Shown here in pieces: positions 58,633 to 64,000 of a DNA stretch of 64,000 nucleotides; position 1 is the first letter of the stretch, and each line of letters begins with the position of its first letter. This DNA comes from Deferribacterales bacterium (GTDB lineage Bacteria > Chrysiogenota > Deferribacteres > Deferribacterales > Geovibrionaceae). The notes beneath the pieces were generated by a model. That model had not been told where the DNA came from. It worked only from the letters and a program-made list of their open reading frames with translations, and did no database searches. Location: assembly GCA_050251875.1 (NCBI GenBank), contig JBFWMA010000007.1:64001-128000 (forward strand), in the 5' to 3' direction. The translations under genes were made by a program, and so were the position numbers.

Positions 58633-58635
58633 GAT

Positions 58636-59160
58636 TTAAATATGACTTTTACTTATTTCATCTAGAAGATTCCACTTCTCTTTAAAGTCTTTTAATTGTT
58701 CAGTTGATAATGTTGCATGTGGAGAAATTCCTCCTCTTGGTCCTCGTCCACCATTTTTATTCATGTAACTTACAAAGCCATTAATAACTAAATCTTGAAT
58801 TTGTTGTTCAGTGCATATAAAGAAAACAGGCTCTTTTATACTGTTTTCTTTTAACTGAACAAGAATCCATATCATATTTGGGTGTTTTAACTTTTTCTTT
58901 TCACCAAATTGATATTTATTTTCATCAACAATATTATATTCTATCCAATGGTCAATAGTAGTCCGAAGCATTGTATCTGTATTACTGGTTTTAACTTGGA
59001 TAGGAAATGACTTTAATGTTGTTGGATTAACTGCTGTAACATCAAAACCTGGCATATTGCCAGAATATGGAGAAGCATAATAGCCCATAGTGCCCAATTG
59101 AGCACAAACAAGAAATTCGCCAACCTGTCCTGTTAGTTTTCTTTCTGAACCCGATTTCAT
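58636..59160 (-). CDS. AT-rich putative PD-(D/E)XK endonuclease
   Basis: GQVGEFLV..L..GY, GFDV.A, IQVKT; visibly more AT-rich than its neighbours. Confidence 0.7.
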   Translation of the reverse strand: MKSGSERKLTGQVGEFLVCAQLGTMGYYASPYSGNMPGFDVTAVNPTTLKSFPIQVKTSNTDTMLRTTIDHWIEYNIVDENKYQFGEKKKLKHPNMIWILVQLKENSIKEPVFFICTEQQIQDLVINGFVSYMNKNGGRGPRGGISPHATLSTEQLKDFKEKWNLLDEISKSHI

Positions 59161-59171
59161 AAACAATCCTT

Positions 59172-60269
59172 TTATAATCCTATAAATCTACCTTCGGTGT
59201 AAATGAGTTTGCCGTCGGCGTATACTTTGCCGTCCTGCATGCTCTTGATCATATCCCAGTGGATGCCTGATTTGTTCTTTCCGCCCGCTTCAGGATAGCT
59301 TGCGCCCACTGCCATGTGGATTGTGCGTCCTATCTTTTCATCGAACAGAATGTTTTTGGTGGGCTTGTCTATGTTGTCGTTCAGACCGAAGGCGATCTCG
59401 CCGATCAGTCTGGAACCTTCGTCTGTCTCCAAAACGCTTTGCAGGAAATCGTTGCCCTTCTCTGCGGAGGCTTCCATGATGCGTCCGTTATCTATCTTCA
59501 GCATGATTCCGCCAGCCTCAACACCCATGTATGATGTGGGCAGGTCGAAATATATCTGACCGTTCACGCCGTCTTCCACGGGGCTGGTGAAAACCTCTCC
59601 GTCAGGCATGTTGTGGTGTCCGTTGCAGTTGATGAATTTTCTGCCGTTCACGTTAAAAGTGATGTCGGTCTTGTTGCCGACTATGCGCAGTTCTTTGGTG
59701 CCTGTCAGAATCTTTACCACGTTCTGCTGAAACTCGTCCACCTTGCGCCATGCCGCCACCGGATCCGCTTCGTTCAGCTTGCATGCGTTGAACACGAACT
59801 CTGTGTATTCATCCAGCGACATTTCGGCGTCCTGAGCCATAGCCTGTGAGGGATAGGGGCAGAGCGACCAGCGGAACTCGCCTTTGCCTTCTCTGTCCAT
59901 CAGCACGTCACGCACCTGACGCATGGTCTTGCTGGCGAGAGATATTTTTGATTTATCCGCACGGGTCAGCTGTTTTGTGTTGCTGGTGCTGTCGATGTAT
60001 ACCTGAGCGGTGATGTTGTGAGCGTCCGCCATCACGCTGGGGGCTATGAATTCAAGCTGTTTGTTGTTAGCGTTGGCATAGAAAGCCGCCTGCTGTTCCG
60101 CTATCTGCATACGCAGAATGGGATGAGCGCCAAGCTGAAGAGCCTTTACCATCAGCGCCTTAACCAGAGGCTCGGAAACTGTTTCGGCTCTTATCAGAAA
60201 TATGTCATCCTCTTTCAGATTGAGGGAATATTCGCATATCAGATCAGCCATTTTCTTTTCAAGCTGCAT
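59172..60269 (-). CDS. Aminopeptidase, M29 (AmpS/PepS) family
   Basis: NMPDGEVFTSP, GEIAFG, LFDEKI..T.HMAVG..Y, N.S.IHWD. Confidence 0.92.
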   Translation of the reverse strand: MQLEKKMADLICEYSLNLKEDDIFLIRAETVSEPLVKALMVKALQLGAHPILRMQIAEQQAAFYANANNKQLEFIAPSVMADAHNITAQVYIDSTSNTKQLTRADKSKISLASKTMRQVRDVLMDREGKGEFRWSLCPYPSQAMAQDAEMSLDEYTEFVFNACKLNEADPVAAWRKVDEFQQNVVKILTGTKELRIVGNKTDITFNVNGRKFINCNGHHNMPDGEVFTSPVEDGVNGQIYFDLPTSYMGVEAGGIMLKIDNGRIMEASAEKGNDFLQSVLETDEGSRLIGEIAFGLNDNIDKPTKNILFDEKIGRTIHMAVGASYPEAGGKNKSGIHWDMIKSMQDGKVYADGKLIYTEGRFIGL

Positions 60270-60333
60270 AATCTACTCCTTAGGTCTTATTATAAGTATT
60301 TATATAATAAGACTTGGGGATTAATCAAGAGGT

Positions 60334-61080
60334 TCAGCTTTTTATCAGGCTGTAAATTCTCCGGGCGGCGCATGCGGCGCCGAATCCGTTGTCTATATTC
60401 ATCACGGTGATGCCCCCGGCGCAGGATGTCAGCATAGCCAGCAGTGCGGACACGCCAGAAAAAGACGCTCCGTATCCCACGGAAGTGGGAACAGCTATCA
60501 CAGGGCTGGTCACCAGACCTCCTATGACGCTCGCCAGCGCCCCTTCCATCCCGGCGACCACTATAACCACGCCGGCGTTTCGTATGTCGTCCAGCCTGTC
60601 GAAAAGCCTGTGCAGACCGGCAACACCGACATCAGATATAATCTTTGCCCTGACGCCTATCATGTCGCAGGTGGTTTTCGCTTCCTGCGCCACAGGCAGA
60701 TCGGACGTTCCGGCGGTGATTATCACCGTCTCTTTCTCTGCGTAATGTATCTCGTTTATTTTCAGCGCCAGTGTTTTGCCCAGCTCGTCATACACCGCCT
60801 CCGGACATACCGAAGCCACAGCGGCGGCGCACTCTCCGCTGACTCTGGTCGCCAGAACATTAGAGCGTCCTGACATAGCCTTAAAAATATCCGCCACCTG
60901 CCCTGGCGTCTTTCCCTCGGCGTATATCACCTCCGGAAAACCGTTTCTGAGCGGTCTGTGCATATCCATCTTCGTATGACCCATATCTATGTATGGCAGG
61001 TCACGGAGCTTTTTCACCGTGTCGTCCAGATCGGCAGTCCCGTTCTGAAGCCCTGTCAGTATTTCCCGTAAATTATCCAT
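60334..61080 (-). CDS. larB: Nickel-pincer cofactor biosynthesis protein LarB (AIR-carboxylase-like)
   Basis: GFPEVIY.EGKT, AGTSDLPVA.EA, DVGVAGLHR, AGMEGAL, VPTSVGYG, NIDNGFGAA. Confidence 0.9.
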   Translation of the reverse strand: MDNLREILTGLQNGTADLDDTVKKLRDLPYIDMGHTKMDMHRPLRNGFPEVIYAEGKTPGQVADIFKAMSGRSNVLATRVSGECAAAVASVCPEAVYDELGKTLALKINEIHYAEKETVIITAGTSDLPVAQEAKTTCDMIGVRAKIISDVGVAGLHRLFDRLDDIRNAGVVIVVAGMEGALASVIGGLVTSPVIAVPTSVGYGASFSGVSALLAMLTSCAGGITVMNIDNGFGAACAARRIYSLIKS

Positions 61081-61093
61081 CGGTTATCCTTGT

Positions 61094-62299
61094 CTATATT
61101 TTTCTGCGGACGAACTCTCTTCCCATCTTCACAATATCCGCAAAGCCCTCACCCTCCAGATCGGCGGCGGCTTTCTTAAGCTCTTCAGGAATATCTATAT
61201 TCTGCGGGCATTTATCCAGACACTCACCGCAGGCGACACACTGTGAGGCGAACCCGGTTTTCGGATCGTCACTGAACACGTCTCCGGTTGTCATGGCATA
61301 TTTGAATCTGGATCCCATCACCTCGCCGAATGCGTGCAGGTTGTTATACCACTCGAAACACACGGGTATTTTAACCCCCACAGGGCAAGGCAGGCAGTAT
61401 CCGCAGGCGGTGCATCCCACCTTCATCACACTGTTATACGCCTTTTCCGCTTCGTCCACAATCTTCAGCTCAGCCGGAGTCATGCTGTCTGCCTCCGCAT
61501 CGGACGCTATCCTGATATTCTCATCTATGTGGGCTTCCTCGTTCATTCCGGAGAGAATCAGCGTCACCTCGGGATGGTTCCATATCCACCTGAGCGCCCA
61601 TTCCACAGGCGTGCGTTTCTTGTCGGCGCTGTCCCAAACATCCTGAACAGCCTTCGGCTGAACCTCTTTACCCAGACTGCCGCCACGCAGAGGCTCCATA
61701 ATCACCACGCCTATGTTCTTTGCTGCGGCGTATTTCAGTCCGGAGAGCCCAGCCTGATAGTTTCTGTCCAGAAAATTATATTGTATCTGGCAGAAATCCC
61801 AGTCATAGCAGTCAACTATGGGATTAAAATCCCTCGGCTCGCCGTGATAAGAAAATCCGGCACGGACTATGCGCCCGTCCGCTTTGATATCGTCTATAAA
61901 TTTCAGAATATCCAGCTTCATCAGTCTGTTCCATGACGGACCGTTGAGCGAATGCATCAGATAGTAGTCTATGTGATCTGTCTCCAGCCTCTCTAGCTGG
62001 GCGTTCAGATATTTTTCCATGTCTTCTCTGCTGTTCACCAGCCATGTGGGGAGTTTGGTTGCCAGCTTCACTTTTTCTCTGTAGCCGTCTTTCAGAGCTT
62101 TTGCCACGAGCGGCTCACTGGCTCCGTTGTGATAGGGCCATGCGGTATCCACATAGTTCACCCCTCTGTCTATGGCATCCCTTATCTGCGCTATGGCTCT
62201 CTCTTCGTCTATGGCTTTGTCTTTCATAGGCAGACGCATACATCCGAAACCGAGAATGGACAGCTCGTCACCGTTTTTGGGCATGGTTCTATAGAGCAT
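61094..62299 (-). CDS. Aldo/keto reductase with C-terminal 4Fe-4S dicluster
   Basis: LGFGCMRLP, DTAWPYH, ATKLP, MEPLRGG; CTACGYCLPCP and CVACGECLDKCP. Confidence 0.9.
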   Translation of the reverse strand: MLYRTMPKNGDELSILGFGCMRLPMKDKAIDEERAIAQIRDAIDRGVNYVDTAWPYHNGASEPLVAKALKDGYREKVKLATKLPTWLVNSREDMEKYLNAQLERLETDHIDYYLMHSLNGPSWNRLMKLDILKFIDDIKADGRIVRAGFSYHGEPRDFNPIVDCYDWDFCQIQYNFLDRNYQAGLSGLKYAAAKNIGVVIMEPLRGGSLGKEVQPKAVQDVWDSADKKRTPVEWALRWIWNHPEVTLILSGMNEEAHIDENIRIASDAEADSMTPAELKIVDEAEKAYNSVMKVGCTACGYCLPCPVGVKIPVCFEWYNNLHAFGEVMGSRFKYAMTTGDVFSDDPKTGFASQCVACGECLDKCPQNIDIPEELKKAAADLEGEGFADIVKMGREFVRRKI

Positions 62300-62409
62300 G
62301 GGAAACCTCCGGAAATAAAAAATTCTCAACCATTTAGTATGATATACAATTCAGCGGATGAAACAATACATATTAATCTTAGATTATTGCCTGATTCGAC
62401 AGAAGTGAT

Positions 62410-62439
62410 AAAAAAAGGCGGGGTGAAGAACCCCGCCTG
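62410..62439 (-). terminator. Terminator of eno (REP-like hairpin)
   Basis: Minus strand AGGCGGGG-TTCTTCA-CCCCGCC-TTTTTTT. Confidence 0.8.
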
Positions 62440-62447
62440 TAAGGTGA

Positions 62448-63761
<1,314 letters not shown>

Positions 63762-63944
63762 TTATGTTTATCAATATCTCTATTGGGTCATAACAAAAAT
63801 GTCACCCGTTCATAGCAGTAAAAGTATAGCCCTAAAGTAATATAAATGACAATATCAATTAAAATCTTCATCAATATTTCTGATAGTATAATCTGTTATT
63901 TATGTTCCTATAAAAACATGCTATATAATTTTTGGAGAAAATTT

Positions 63945-64000
63945 ATGAAAAACACAACATCAAAGGCGTACTATATTATTTTTGCTATCTATTTCATAAT
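63945..64000 (+). CDS. 5' fragment of a probable membrane protein running off the window end
   Basis: GGAG RBS, then MKNTTSKAYYIIFAIYFI; TATAAT upstream. Confidence 0.45.
   Translation, partial: MKNTTSKAYYIIFAIYFI

Noticed and set aside
60334..61080. larB without larA/larC/larE as a novel pathway
   Set aside because: Dispersed lar genes are common and the partners may lie outside the window.

Overview
Bacterial chromosomal window of mostly housekeeping and anaerobic-metabolism genes. The gene content (archaeal-type split glutamate synthase, NifJ-type PFOR, sigma-54 glnB-glnA, Na+-NQR, rubrerythrin, desulforedoxin, epsilon-style histidine kinase) suggests an anaerobic Gram-negative organism. 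Deferribacterales is my guess, not a database result. Landmarks in order: ttuB/ttuA-like pair, Crp-family protein, three-gene glutamate synthase, an orphan phage-type lysozyme plus small holin-like gene, nifJ, an MCE/Mla-like locus, glnB-glnA, a lipoprotein plus secreted CHAT protease, a P-type ATPase, a radical SAM/substrate-binding fusion, signalling genes, nqrABCDEF with a small nqrM-like ORF, a permease-less SBP/GTPase/ABC-ATPase/YgbA operon behind an FNR-type box, htpG, rqcH, a dehydratase/activase pair, a structured tandem repeat beside an AT-rich PD-(D/E)XK nuclease, larB and eno. I saw no rRNA, tRNA, CRISPR array, integrase or transposase. The best candidate for an undescribed system is the cytoplasmic four-gene operon at 47.6-50.8 kb. 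Runners-up are the lipoprotein-CHAT pair, the lysozyme cassette with a structured leader and the radical SAM-SBP fusion. All product calls come from motif recognition by eye.
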